From NCBI GenBank assembly GCA_017631155.1, contig JAGBTV010000021.1, positions 4-64,003 of the forward strand: a DNA stretch of 64,000 nucleotides. Reading direction: 5' to 3'. This DNA comes from Oscillospiraceae bacterium. Lineage in GTDB: Bacteria > Bacillota > Clostridia > Oscillospirales > Oscillospiraceae. The notes beneath the pieces were generated by a model. It saw nothing but the letters and a program-made list of their open reading frames with translations, had not been told where the DNA came from and did no database searches. This document shows, piece by piece, positions 24,688 through 33,515 of this stretch. Every line of letters begins with the position of its first letter. Positions within the stretch are counted from its first letter, which is position 1. Position numbers and translations under genes: made by a program.

Positions 24688-27197
24688 ACCTTTCATTTTC
24701 TACCCGTGGTTGGCCAAAACTGACCTGGGATGAAATGGTGAATACAGCCCTGGAAATGGGCTTTTCCGGCATTGAAGTCTATAATTTGCCAAAATTTGAC
24801 GATATGCTGGCGAAGGGTGGCCCTTTCCATCCCTATCAGACCGCAGCCACCGTCCGGGATCTGCGGGCAAAGAAGCTGACCATCCCGTGCTTCGATACCT
24901 CCTGCGATTTGTCTACAGAACCCAATGCTGTGGAAATCCTTTCTAATCTGATCGAAGTGGCTCGCAATGCCCAGGTAAAATATGTGGTGGCCTGCGCTTT
25001 GGAAGATCATGAGGAAACTGTGTACCAGGTTCTCAGCAAGTTGACTCCCATGGCAGAAAAGGCCGGGGTGTCCCTGCTTTTGAAAACCAGCGGCATTTAC
25101 GCAGATACTGCTCGGCTTCGCAATATGCTGGATTGCTTTGCCAGCGACAATTTGGGCGCTCTGTGGGATGTCCACCATCCTTATCGGGACTTTGGAGAAA
25201 GCGCAGATGTTACCATTAAGAATTTGGGTGCTTATGTGTGCCATGTCCACCTGCGGGACTCTGATGAGGAAGGCAATTACCAGCTCATCGGTGAAGGTAC
25301 CATGCCTATTGCCGATGTGATGCGGGCTTTGTCCAGCGTCAACTATGACGGCTTCATTTCTTTGGAATGGAAACCGGAGTGGCTGGAAGATCTACAGGAC
25401 CCGGAGATCATCTTCCCGTATTTTGTGAACTTTATGGCCCGGTTCCATTCCACCCGGGGCATGAAAAAGAAGCTCTATCCCAACCATGACGGCACCGGCC
25501 AGTACATTTGGAAAAAGGATGAGCTTATCAACCTGACCTTCCCCCAGGTGCTGGACCGTGTGGCAGAGGAGTTCCCGGATCAGTATTGCTTTAAGTATAC
25601 CACCCTGGATTATACCCGTACTTATGCCCAGTTCCGGGAGGATGTGGACAGATTTGCCAGAGCCTTGGTTTCCATGGGTGTCAAGGCAGGCTCTAAAGTG
25701 GCTATTTGGGCAACCAATGTCCCGGCCTGGTACATCACCTTTTGGGCAACCACCAAGATTGGCGCAGTGCTGGTCACCGTAAATACTGCCTATAAGATCC
25801 ACGAAGCAGAATATCTGCTTCGCCAGTCCGATACCCACACCCTGGTGATGATCGACAGCTGCCTGGACTCCAACTATGCCCAAATCATCAACGAGCTTTG
25901 CCCGGAAATTGCCAAAACCAAGGCAGGTGAGCCTCTGCATTGCAAGAGATTGCCTTTCCTGCGGAATGTCATCACTGTTGGGTTTAAGCAACCCGGTTGC
26001 CTGACTTTTGACGAAGCTATGGCAAGATATGAGCTTGTCAGCCGGGAACAGGTGGCGCAGATGGCAGCGGCGGTCCGCCCGGACGATGTCTGTAATATGC
26101 AGTATACCTCCGGTACCACGGGCTTTCCCAAGGGCGTTATGCTGACTCATTACAATGTGGTCAACAACGGTAAGTGTATCGGTGACCGCATGGGTCTTTC
26201 CACCGCAGATCGTATGATGATCCAGGTTCCCATGTTCCACTGCTTCGGCATGACCCTTTCCATGACCTCTTCCATGACCCATGGTGCAACCATGTGTCCC
26301 ATGCCTTATTTCTCTGCCACATCGTCCCTGGCTTGCATCAATCAGGAGCGAATCACCTGCTTTAATGGTGTTCCTACCATGTTCATCGCCATGTTCAACC
26401 ACCCGGACTATCGGAAAACCGACTTTTCCCATATGCGTACCGGTATCATGGCTGGTGCAGGCTGTCCTCCGGAGCTGATGCGCCGGGCAGCGCAGCCGGA
26501 TGAGATGAATATGTATGGTATCGTCAGCGTCTACGGACAGACCGAGTGCGCCCCCGGTAATACCATGAGCGCCTGGACGGATTCTTTGGCAGTGCGTACC
26601 GATACCGTCGGTTATGCCTTCCCCCATGTGCAGTGTAAGATTGTCGATCCCGAGACCGGGGAAGAAGTAGGTCCCGGTGTCAACGGTGAGTTCTGCGCCA
26701 AGGGCTACAATACCATGAAGGGCTATTATAAAATGCCCCAGGGTACTGCCGATACCATCGATGCTGACGGCTGGCTCCACTCCGGTGACCTGGCCTGCAT
26801 GGATGAAGACGGCAATGTACGGATCACCGGCAGACTGAAGGATATGATTATCCGCGGCGGTGAGAACATCTATCCTAAGGAAATCGAGGAGTTTATCTAC
26901 ACCCATCCTCAGACCAAGGATGTTCAGGTTATCGGTGTGCCGGATAAGAAGTACGGCGAAGAGATCATGGCCTGCATCATTCTGAAAGAACCCGGTTCTG
27001 TTACGGTGGAGGAAATGACTGCCTATATCAAAGCCAGCATGGCCCGGCATAAGGTGCCGAAATACATTGAGTTTGTGGACAGCTTCCCCATGAATGCGGC
27101 AGGCAAGATCCTCAAATACAAAATGCGCCAGGATGCCGCCCAGCGGCTTGGTCTTACGGGCGACGGCACCGATACCGCCGGCCCCGGCAAGGCATAA
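24684..27197 (+). CDS. Fusion of xylose-isomerase-like TIM barrel and acyl-CoA synthetase; predicted isovalerate-CoA ligase
   Basis: N-terminal GFSGIEV, LWDVHH, HVHLRD, YDGFISLEW; C-terminal QYTSGTTGFPKG, YGQTE, LHSGD, GRLKDMIIRGGENI, AGKI; ATGA overlap with the LeuA-like gene; substrate inferred from Leu T-box. Confidence 0.88.
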   Translation: MNLSFSTRGWPKLTWDEMVNTALEMGFSGIEVYNLPKFDDMLAKGGPFHPYQTAATVRDLRAKKLTIPCFDTSCDLSTEPNAVEILSNLIEVARNAQVKYVVACALEDHEETVYQVLSKLTPMAEKAGVSLLLKTSGIYADTARLRNMLDCFASDNLGALWDVHHPYRDFGESADVTIKNLGAYVCHVHLRDSDEEGNYQLIGEGTMPIADVMRALSSVNYDGFISLEWKPEWLEDLQDPEIIFPYFVNFMARFHSTRGMKKKLYPNHDGTGQYIWKKDELINLTFPQVLDRVAEEFPDQYCFKYTTLDYTRTYAQFREDVDRFARALVSMGVKAGSKVAIWATNVPAWYITFWATTKIGAVLVTVNTAYKIHEAEYLLRQSDTHTLVMIDSCLDSNYAQIINELCPEIAKTKAGEPLHCKRLPFLRNVITVGFKQPGCLTFDEAMARYELVSREQVAQMAAAVRPDDVCNMQYTSGTTGFPKGVMLTHYNVVNNGKCIGDRMGLSTADRMMIQVPMFHCFGMTLSMTSSMTHGATMCPMPYFSATSSLACINQERITCFNGVPTMFIAMFNHPDYRKTDFSHMRTGIMAGAGCPPELMRRAAQPDEMNMYGIVSVYGQTECAPGNTMSAWTDSLAVRTDTVGYAFPHVQCKIVDPETGEEVGPGVNGEFCAKGYNTMKGYYKMPQGTADTIDADGWLHSGDLACMDEDGNVRITGRLKDMIIRGGENIYPKEIEEFIYTHPQTKDVQVIGVPDKKYGEEIMACIILKEPGSVTVEEMTAYIKASMARHKVPKYIEFVDSFPMNAAGKILKYKMRQDAAQRLGLTGDGTDTAGPGKA

Positions 27198-27204
27198 TAA
27201 TAAC

Positions 27205-27238
27205 AGCGGGAGCAGTCACAAAACGACTGCTCCCGCTT
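27205..27238 (+). terminator. Terminator hairpin after the Leu T-box operon
   Basis: AGCGGGAGCAGTC..GACTGCTCCCGCT. Confidence 0.75.
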
Positions 27239-27239
27239 A

Positions 27240-27292
27240 ACTTTCCTCCTTGGGGTGGCAAAAATCTTTGATTTTTGACGGATGAAGGGGGG
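27240..27292 (+). repeat. Degenerate REP-like element related to 17556-17653
   Basis: cTTTCCtcctt-GGGGTGGC-aaaaatc..gatttttGACGGATGAAGGG follows the same hairpin-GGTGGC-stem-CGGAnGnGG layout. Confidence 0.45.
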
Positions 27293-27308
27293 ATCGCAAG
27301 ATTTTCAG

Positions 27309-27974
27309 TCAAGTGCGATGCAGAACAAAATGAGACCCCTTCAGATCCAAAATTCCCGCTTTTTTCAGCTTTCCCAGCTCTGCAGACATGGCGCTGCGTT
27401 CAACGCCTAAGTAGTCTGCCAAAGCCTGACGGTCAAAGGGAATGGTAAACTCCGAAGAACCGGCGGCTTTCGCCTGCTCCAGCAGATAAGCCATCAGCTT
27501 TTCTTTTGTGGTCTTTTGGGACATGAACCGGATCTTGTTGTTCATTTCCAAATTCTTTTGGGCTACCACTTTCAGCATGTTTTTCACCAACTGATTGTGA
27601 AACAGGCAGGCGGAAGAACAGACGGTGAGCATCTTCTGACAGGACAGAAGCAAAAGCTTGCTGTCACGGACAGCGTAGCCGCTGACAGGCATGGTTTCGA
27701 TATTTGCGCAGGCAAAGGCTTCTCCGAACAGATCGCCCTTTTCCGCATGGGTCAGAATGTTACGGTTGCCGTAGAAATCCTCCTGGACAACCTGCACACT
27801 GCCTTCCATCACCACACCGATAAATCCGGCAGCATCCCCCTCTAAAAACACCGGGTCTCCCTTGGGAATGGTTACGGTGTTAGCCCCCAAACAGTGCAGC
27901 ATTGGATATAAGTCCTGGGGGTCAATTCCGGAAAACAGGGGGGTGGACAGTAAAAGATCAAAATATTCTTTCAT
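27309..27974 (-). CDS. Crp/Fnr family transcriptional regulator (HcpR-like)
   Basis: cNMP-type beta barrel (FLEGD, GDLFGE) and HTH DRQALADYLGVERSAMSAEL. Confidence 0.92.
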   Translation of the reverse strand: MKEYFDLLLSTPLFSGIDPQDLYPMLHCLGANTVTIPKGDPVFLEGDAAGFIGVVMEGSVQVVQEDFYGNRNILTHAEKGDLFGEAFACANIETMPVSGYAVRDSKLLLLSCQKMLTVCSSACLFHNQLVKNMLKVVAQKNLEMNNKIRFMSQKTTKEKLMAYLLEQAKAAGSSEFTIPFDRQALADYLGVERSAMSAELGKLKKAGILDLKGSHFVLHRT

Positions 27975-27987
27975 AAAAAAGCTCCTT

Positions 27988-28046
27988 TGTTGGAAATCCA
28001 ACATACTTTCTGGGATCAGTATAGTAAAATACAGTCAGAAAGTCAA
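27988..28046. promoter_or_regulatory. Crp-family operator palindrome plus overlapping divergent promoters
   Basis: Perfect TGTTGGA-aa-TCCAACA (27988-28003); TAAAAT at 28025-28030 (+); TTGACT-17-TATACT (-) at 28046-28018. Confidence 0.7.
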
Positions 28047-28060
28047 GAGGAGGGATGTAT

Positions 28061-28318
28061 ATGATTATGGAAGGTTGTCAGGCGAGACCGAAAACCCCTA
28101 CGATCATCGAAAAGATCTGTCCCCAATGCGGACATGAGATCGAACTGTTTTCCATCGATACCCAAATGCCCTGTGAGCATTGCGGCTTTGTGGCCTATAA
28201 CGACACTTTAAGCTGCGTCCAGTGGTGCCAGTATGCCCGCAAATGCGTGGGTGATGAAACCTATGAGCAAATGATGGCTGTGTTGGAAAAACAGAAAGAA
28301 AGGCAGGAAACAGCATGA
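28061..28318 (+). CDS. Small Cys-rich zinc-ribbon/Fe-S protein
   Basis: CPQCG, CEHCG, CVQWCQYARKC; GGAGG RBS. Confidence 0.75.
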   Translation: MIMEGCQARPKTPTIIEKICPQCGHEIELFSIDTQMPCEHCGFVAYNDTLSCVQWCQYARKCVGDETYEQMMAVLEKQKERQETA

Positions 28319-29013
28319 TTCGGAAGATTATTCAGATTGATGAAGAGAAGTGTAATGGCTGCGGCGCATGTGCCAAGGCCTGTCATGAGGGTGCAATCGG
28401 CATGGTAGACGGCAAAGCAAAGCTTCTCCGGGATGATTACTGTGACGGTTTGGGTGACTGCTTGCCCACTTGTCCTACCGGGGCGATTTCCTTTGTGGAG
28501 CGGGAAGCGGCGGCTTACGACGAAGCGGCGGTTTTGGCAGCAAAAGGGAAAGTTGCCAGTCTTTCCGGTGGTTGCCCCGGGGCGCAAGCAAAGACTATGG
28601 AACGGCAACAGGAAAATGCAAATCCTGCTCGTGTGGAATCTCAGCTTCGTCAATGGCCGGTGCAGATCAAGCTGGCGCCTATGCAAGCACCATGGTTCCA
28701 TGGTGCGGATCTGTTGGTTGCGGCAGACTGCACAGCCTATGCCTATGCCAACTTTCATCAGGATTTTATCAAGGGTCATGTCACCTTGATAGGTTGCCCT
28801 AAGCTGGATGCCATAGACTATTCCATGAAACTGTTCCGGATTTTAGAGAATAACGATATTCGATCTGTGACTATGGTACGAATGGAAGTGCCTTGCTGCG
28901 GCGGCATTGAGTATGCAGTCAAAAAAGCGGTGCAGGACTGCGGCAAACAAATTCCTTGTAATGTGGTGGTTATTTCCACAGACGGAAAGGTGATATCCGA
29001 CAGCCGGAGTTGA
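28315..29013 (+). CDS. 4Fe-4S dicluster protein of the type usually co-regulated with hybrid cluster protein
   Basis: CNGCGACAKACHEG, CDGLGDCLPTCP, QWPVQ, AADC, GCPKLD, MEVPCC. Confidence 0.88.
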   Translation: MIRKIIQIDEEKCNGCGACAKACHEGAIGMVDGKAKLLRDDYCDGLGDCLPTCPTGAISFVEREAAAYDEAAVLAAKGKVASLSGGCPGAQAKTMERQQENANPARVESQLRQWPVQIKLAPMQAPWFHGADLLVAADCTAYAYANFHQDFIKGHVTLIGCPKLDAIDYSMKLFRILENNDIRSVTMVRMEVPCCGGIEYAVKKAVQDCGKQIPCNVVVISTDGKVISDSRS

Positions 29014-29071
29014 CGGAAGAGAATCCCAGTATTATAATGGCAGAAAAGCCGATAACCGGGGAGGTCAACCT

Positions 29072-29935
29072 ATGGAACGGGATGTTTGCAAAATCATAGC
29101 GGCATTGGGATATCCCTGTCCCGATGCGGTAATCACCCGGTTTCACGGAGAAGAGGACGACAGTCCTTACCATGTGTGGAAGGTGGAAACATGTCGGCAA
29201 ACCTTTGTGCTGAAAAAAATCACGCCCCGGGAACGGTCTGTTTATGAGACCTTTTTTCCGAATGGCGGCGCAGTTCCCAAAGTCTATGCCTTTGGAGAGT
29301 ATCAAGGGGATACCTATATGCTCATGGAATATGTGGCAGGGGAGACCCTCAGCCGCTGCACCCGGCAAAAGCTGATCTTCGCTTTGGATGCGTTGGTAGA
29401 TACCCAGGAACGCTTTTGGGGGAATACCGACCAGTCCGAGGTAGGCTGTTCCTTTGACAGTCGGTTTCCGGCTTTGGAAAAACGGCTTCCCTATATGGAG
29501 GATTTGGCAGAACCCTACAAAGCTTTTTTGGCTGAGTATAGCCAGGTTCCCAGAACCTTGTGTAATGACGATCTTCTGCCCTTTAATGTGCTGGCAGGAG
29601 AGACAAAAGCGGTGATTTTGGACTGGGAAGAAGGGGGTATCTTGCCCTATCCCAGCGCAATTGCCCGATTCCTGGCCTTCGGGGAAGAAACCGAAGATGC
29701 TCTTTTTTACATGACCGAGGAAGATCGAGCCTTTGCGGTTCGCTACTACTATGACAAACTAATCCAAAGCAAGGGGATCTCCTGGGAAGATTATCTTCAT
29801 AGCCTGCGACTATTCTTCTTTAAGGAGTACAGCGAATGGGTATACTTGGCTAGGCAAAGTGGAGATCTTACCGGTGAATATTGTCAAAAGTATTATGCCG
29901 TGGCAAAGCGCCTGGCAAAAGAATTGGGTTACTAA
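29072..29935 (+). CDS. Aminoglycoside phosphotransferase/choline kinase-like protein
   Basis: FVLK, MLMEYV, TLCNDDLLPFNV, ILDWE. Confidence 0.78.
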   Translation: MERDVCKIIAALGYPCPDAVITRFHGEEDDSPYHVWKVETCRQTFVLKKITPRERSVYETFFPNGGAVPKVYAFGEYQGDTYMLMEYVAGETLSRCTRQKLIFALDALVDTQERFWGNTDQSEVGCSFDSRFPALEKRLPYMEDLAEPYKAFLAEYSQVPRTLCNDDLLPFNVLAGETKAVILDWEEGGILPYPSAIARFLAFGEETEDALFYMTEEDRAFAVRYYYDKLIQSKGISWEDYLHSLRLFFFKEYSEWVYLARQSGDLTGEYCQKYYAVAKRLAKELGY

Positions 29936-29941
29936 ACATAT

Positions 29942-29974
29942 CAGCCGCCATCGGTCGATGGCGGCTGTTTTTTT
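29942..29974 (+). terminator. Intrinsic terminator
   Basis: CAGCCGCCATCG-gt-CGATGGCGGCTG + T7. Confidence 0.8.
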
Positions 29975-30110
29975 ATAAGGATTACCGCGAGAAGACAGCG
30001 GTTACGCTCCATGGGAAGATTCGCCTTGTTTTGATTCTGTGTTTATGATAACAGTTTGCCAACAGGTGGCAATACCGGAATCCAGGGTAATTTTGCGAAA
30101 AATATGTAAG

Positions 30111-31844
30111 TTATTCAAACATGTCGTTATCCCGGAACTGCAAAGCGTAAAGCGCTTTGTAGGTTCCGTTTTTGGCCATCAGCTCTTCGTGGGTGCCCTG
30201 CTCGGTGATCTGACCGCCCAGGACCACAGCAATTTCGTCGGCATTGCGGATAGTGGACAACCGGTGGGCCACTACCAGGGTGGTGCGGCCTTTGCACAGC
30301 TCGTCCAAAGCTTGCTGGATCAGCACCTCGGTGGTGTTATCCAAAGCGCTGGTGGCTTCGTCCAAAATCAGAATGGCCGGATCTTTCAAGAATACCCGGG
30401 CAATGCTGAGCCGCTGCTTCTGACCGCCGGAAAGCTTGACACCCCGTTCACCGATTTCTGTATCGTAACCCTTGGGAAGAGTCATAATATAATCGTGAAT
30501 GTTAGCCCGGCGGGCAGCTTCAAAGACCTCTTCTTCGGTGGCATCGGGCCGGCCGTAGAGAATGTTCTCCCGAATTGTACCCACAAACAGGAACACATCC
30601 TGCTGTACGATACCGATGTTCCGTCGGACAGACTCCATGGTCAGCTGACGGATATCGGTTCCGTCAATGAGGATGGAGCCGCCTTCAGGGGACAGCTTGT
30701 AGAAATTGGGGAGCAGATGGCACAAGGTGGTTTTGCCGCCGCCGGAAGGGCCCACCAGAGCCACTTTGCGGCCCTTTTCCAGCTTTAGGTTCACATGCTG
30801 CAGAACCTCTTTGGTTTGTTCGTATTGGAAAGACACATCCTGGAATTCAATAACGCCTTTCACATTGGTAAGCTCCTTGGCACCGGGGGCATCCTCTTCC
30901 GGCTCTTCATCCAAGATCTCCAGGAAACGCTTAAAGCCGCTGACACCGTTTTGATACTGCTCCATAAAGCTGATGAGGGTATTTACCGGGGCGATAAACA
31001 GGTTCACAGATACGATAAAGGTAGAGTAGTCACCAAAGGAAATGCGCCCGGCATACAGGAAAAGGCCACCGGCAATGAGAATAAACACATTGAAGATATC
31101 TGTTACAAAAGCGGTAGAGGAGTGGAACATGGCCATGGCTTTGTAAACCTTTTTGGAGGAATCCACAAAGGATTCGTTGCCAGCTTCAAACTTTTCCATT
31201 TCCTGTTGAGAATTGGTGTACGCCTTGGTGACCCGGATGCCGGTGACACTGCTTTCCACAGCGGCATTGATGGTAGCGTTGCTTTTGCGCCGGGCATCAA
31301 AGGCAGCCCGCATCCGCTTACGGAAGTACATGGTCACTACTACCAAAATAGGAACGCAGGTAAAGATGATGAGCGTCAGCATCCAGTCGATGGAAACCAG
31401 ATAGGCAAAGGAAAGGACGATCATCACAGAGCTGATAAGCAGATTCTCCGGGCCATGGTGGGCCAGTTCGCAGACCTCGAAAAGATCGCTGGTCATACGG
31501 GTCATGATCCGACCGGTCTCGTGATTGTCGTAGAACCGGAAAGGCAGCTTCTGCAGATGGGAAAACAGATCGCTGCGCATCTTAGACTGCATGCCCACAC
31601 CAATCAGGTGACCATAGTACTGCACAAAGTAACGCAGCAGCAGCCGCAGCACATAAAGCCCCAAAACAACGACACCGGCAATGACGATGGTGGTATACAT
31701 TTTTTGGGGAATGTAAATGTTCAGCATTTTGTTGGTTACAACAGGATAAACCATGCCGATGATGGAGATCAGCAGCGAGGCCAGCATATCCAGCGCCAAC
31801 AGTTTTTTGTAAGGCTTATAGTATTGGACAAATCGTTTCAGCAT
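30111..31844 (-). CDS. ABC exporter, fused permease/ATPase (MsbA/Sav1866-like)
   Basis: TM N-terminus; GPSGGGKT, LSGGQKQR, ILDEATSALD, VAHRLST. Confidence 0.94.
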   Translation of the reverse strand: MLKRFVQYYKPYKKLLALDMLASLLISIIGMVYPVVTNKMLNIYIPQKMYTTIVIAGVVVLGLYVLRLLLRYFVQYYGHLIGVGMQSKMRSDLFSHLQKLPFRFYDNHETGRIMTRMTSDLFEVCELAHHGPENLLISSVMIVLSFAYLVSIDWMLTLIIFTCVPILVVVTMYFRKRMRAAFDARRKSNATINAAVESSVTGIRVTKAYTNSQQEMEKFEAGNESFVDSSKKVYKAMAMFHSSTAFVTDIFNVFILIAGGLFLYAGRISFGDYSTFIVSVNLFIAPVNTLISFMEQYQNGVSGFKRFLEILDEEPEEDAPGAKELTNVKGVIEFQDVSFQYEQTKEVLQHVNLKLEKGRKVALVGPSGGGKTTLCHLLPNFYKLSPEGGSILIDGTDIRQLTMESVRRNIGIVQQDVFLFVGTIRENILYGRPDATEEEVFEAARRANIHDYIMTLPKGYDTEIGERGVKLSGGQKQRLSIARVFLKDPAILILDEATSALDNTTEVLIQQALDELCKGRTTLVVAHRLSTIRNADEIAVVLGGQITEQGTHEELMAKNGTYKALYALQFRDNDMFE

Positions 31845-32041
31845 AATAATCTTCCTTTTATTTTCAGAGGATTCTGGGGCAAAGCAGGAAAAAGTCGTTT
31901 TTATCATTATACTTGTTTTTGACAGGTATTGCAATCCTGTTTCTTTAGGATAATTGTAAACAAATATCGCAATCTCTTGCAATTTAACGGAAATCGTGAT
32001 AAACTATCACAGTTATCTACCAAAAGGGAGATGTTGACAAT

Positions 32042-33397
32042 ATGCAGTGTAAACAGTGCGGAAGCCGGCTGGAGCCGGAAATGGAGCTGTGCCCCCAATG
32101 TGGCACAAAAGTGGATAAAAATGAAGAAATAGAGGCATCCTCCGGTAAGGGTGTTAAAATTTTGAAAATTGCCGTATCCCTAGTTCTTGTGTTGGCCTTG
32201 CTGTGCGGCATGGTGCTGGTGGTGTTCAAGAATGATTTGGTTCCCGGCCACTGGTTTTCTTCTTTGCCCGGATCGATTCCCAAGGACGGCAATCGGGATA
32301 ATGTAACCTGTGAGGGTACCTATACAGCCTCTCGCCTTGGTTTAAAATGGAAAAACGATACTGTGGTAGCGAAGATCGGTGACGAGGTTCTGACAAATGG
32401 ACAGCTGCTGGTTTTTTACGGTGTGGTCAAAAATAACTTTGTACAGACCTATACGAATTTGTCCAGTATAAATTTAGATATGAAGCTGCCTTTGGATCGG
32501 CAGACATGCGGTTTGGATGAAACCCTTACCTGGCAGCAGTATTTCTTGCAGGAGGCACTGAATCAGTGGCGTCTGTATGTTTTGCTGTGCCAAAATGCAG
32601 AAGCGGCAGGCTGTGAATTGCCGGAAGAAAAACAGCAATCTTTGCATGACAAATATAATCAGTTCTATAAAGATTATGTAGAAACAGGAATGTATGAGTC
32701 TGTAGATGCTGTGATGGAGGCGAATTATGGCCCCGGTTGCACCTATGCAGACTATCTGAATTATGCAACTATGGCAGCTATCGCATCCATGTACTACAAT
32801 CAGATGATCGAAGAGCAAACGGAAAATATTACAGAGGAAGATATCGAAGACTTCTATGAAGATCAGAAGGATTACCTGAAGCTGTATAATATCATAAAAG
32901 GTGATGGCAACATCGTGGTGGATGTGCGGCACATTCTGATTACTGTCCAACGGGTTGTCAATAAGGAAGAACACATTGACGAAAGCGACTGGAAGAAGAC
33001 TGAGGAAGCTGCGCAGAAGATTTTGGATGATTGGCTGGCCGGTGAGGCTACTGAAGAAAGCTTTGCTGCGTTGGCAAAGGAACATTCTGCAGACCCCGGT
33101 TCCGTCGAAAAAGGCGGCCTGTATACCGAAGTAAATAAGGGTCAGATGGTAGCAGAGTTTGATACTTGGTGCTTTGATGCTTCCCGAAAGGCCGGTGATT
33201 ACGGTCTCATAAGAACGAACCATGGATATCATATTATGTATTTCGTGGGTTCTGAGGAGTACTGGCACAACATCAGCAAAAAGAATGCACCTACTTGGCG
33301 GGTAAATAAGCTGCTGGAGACCCAGCGGGATGCTCTGGATATCGAAATCAAGTATCAAAAGATCAAACTCTGGGAAGCAGGCTACTACGCAGAGTAA
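32042..33397 (+). CDS. Membrane-anchored parvulin-type peptidyl-prolyl isomerase (PrsA-like) with N-terminal zinc ribbon
   Basis: CKQC..CPQC, TM helix, VRHILI, FAALAKEHSADPGS..GGL, GYHIMYF. Confidence 0.88.
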   Translation: MQCKQCGSRLEPEMELCPQCGTKVDKNEEIEASSGKGVKILKIAVSLVLVLALLCGMVLVVFKNDLVPGHWFSSLPGSIPKDGNRDNVTCEGTYTASRLGLKWKNDTVVAKIGDEVLTNGQLLVFYGVVKNNFVQTYTNLSSINLDMKLPLDRQTCGLDETLTWQQYFLQEALNQWRLYVLLCQNAEAAGCELPEEKQQSLHDKYNQFYKDYVETGMYESVDAVMEANYGPGCTYADYLNYATMAAIASMYYNQMIEEQTENITEEDIEDFYEDQKDYLKLYNIIKGDGNIVVDVRHILITVQRVVNKEEHIDESDWKKTEEAAQKILDDWLAGEATEESFAALAKEHSADPGSVEKGGLYTEVNKGQMVAEFDTWCFDASRKAGDYGLIRTNHGYHIMYFVGSEEYWHNISKKNAPTWRVNKLLETQRDALDIEIKYQKIKLWEAGYYAE

Positions 33398-33515
33398 AAA
33401 ACTGCCGTAAACCTTGAAAAAAATATTGAAAAATTCGGGAAATTGCGGTATAACAGGAATGTGATTTTTTTGTAAGACCGGTACGGGGTTCCGTATTGGA
33501 GAAATGAGGTAGGAT

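Noticed and set aside
25392-27050. 552-aa antisense ORF and similar long shadows elsewhere (e.g. 12321-13418, 46016-47185)
   Set aside because: Each overlaps a well-supported gene on the other strand and has no independent evidence.
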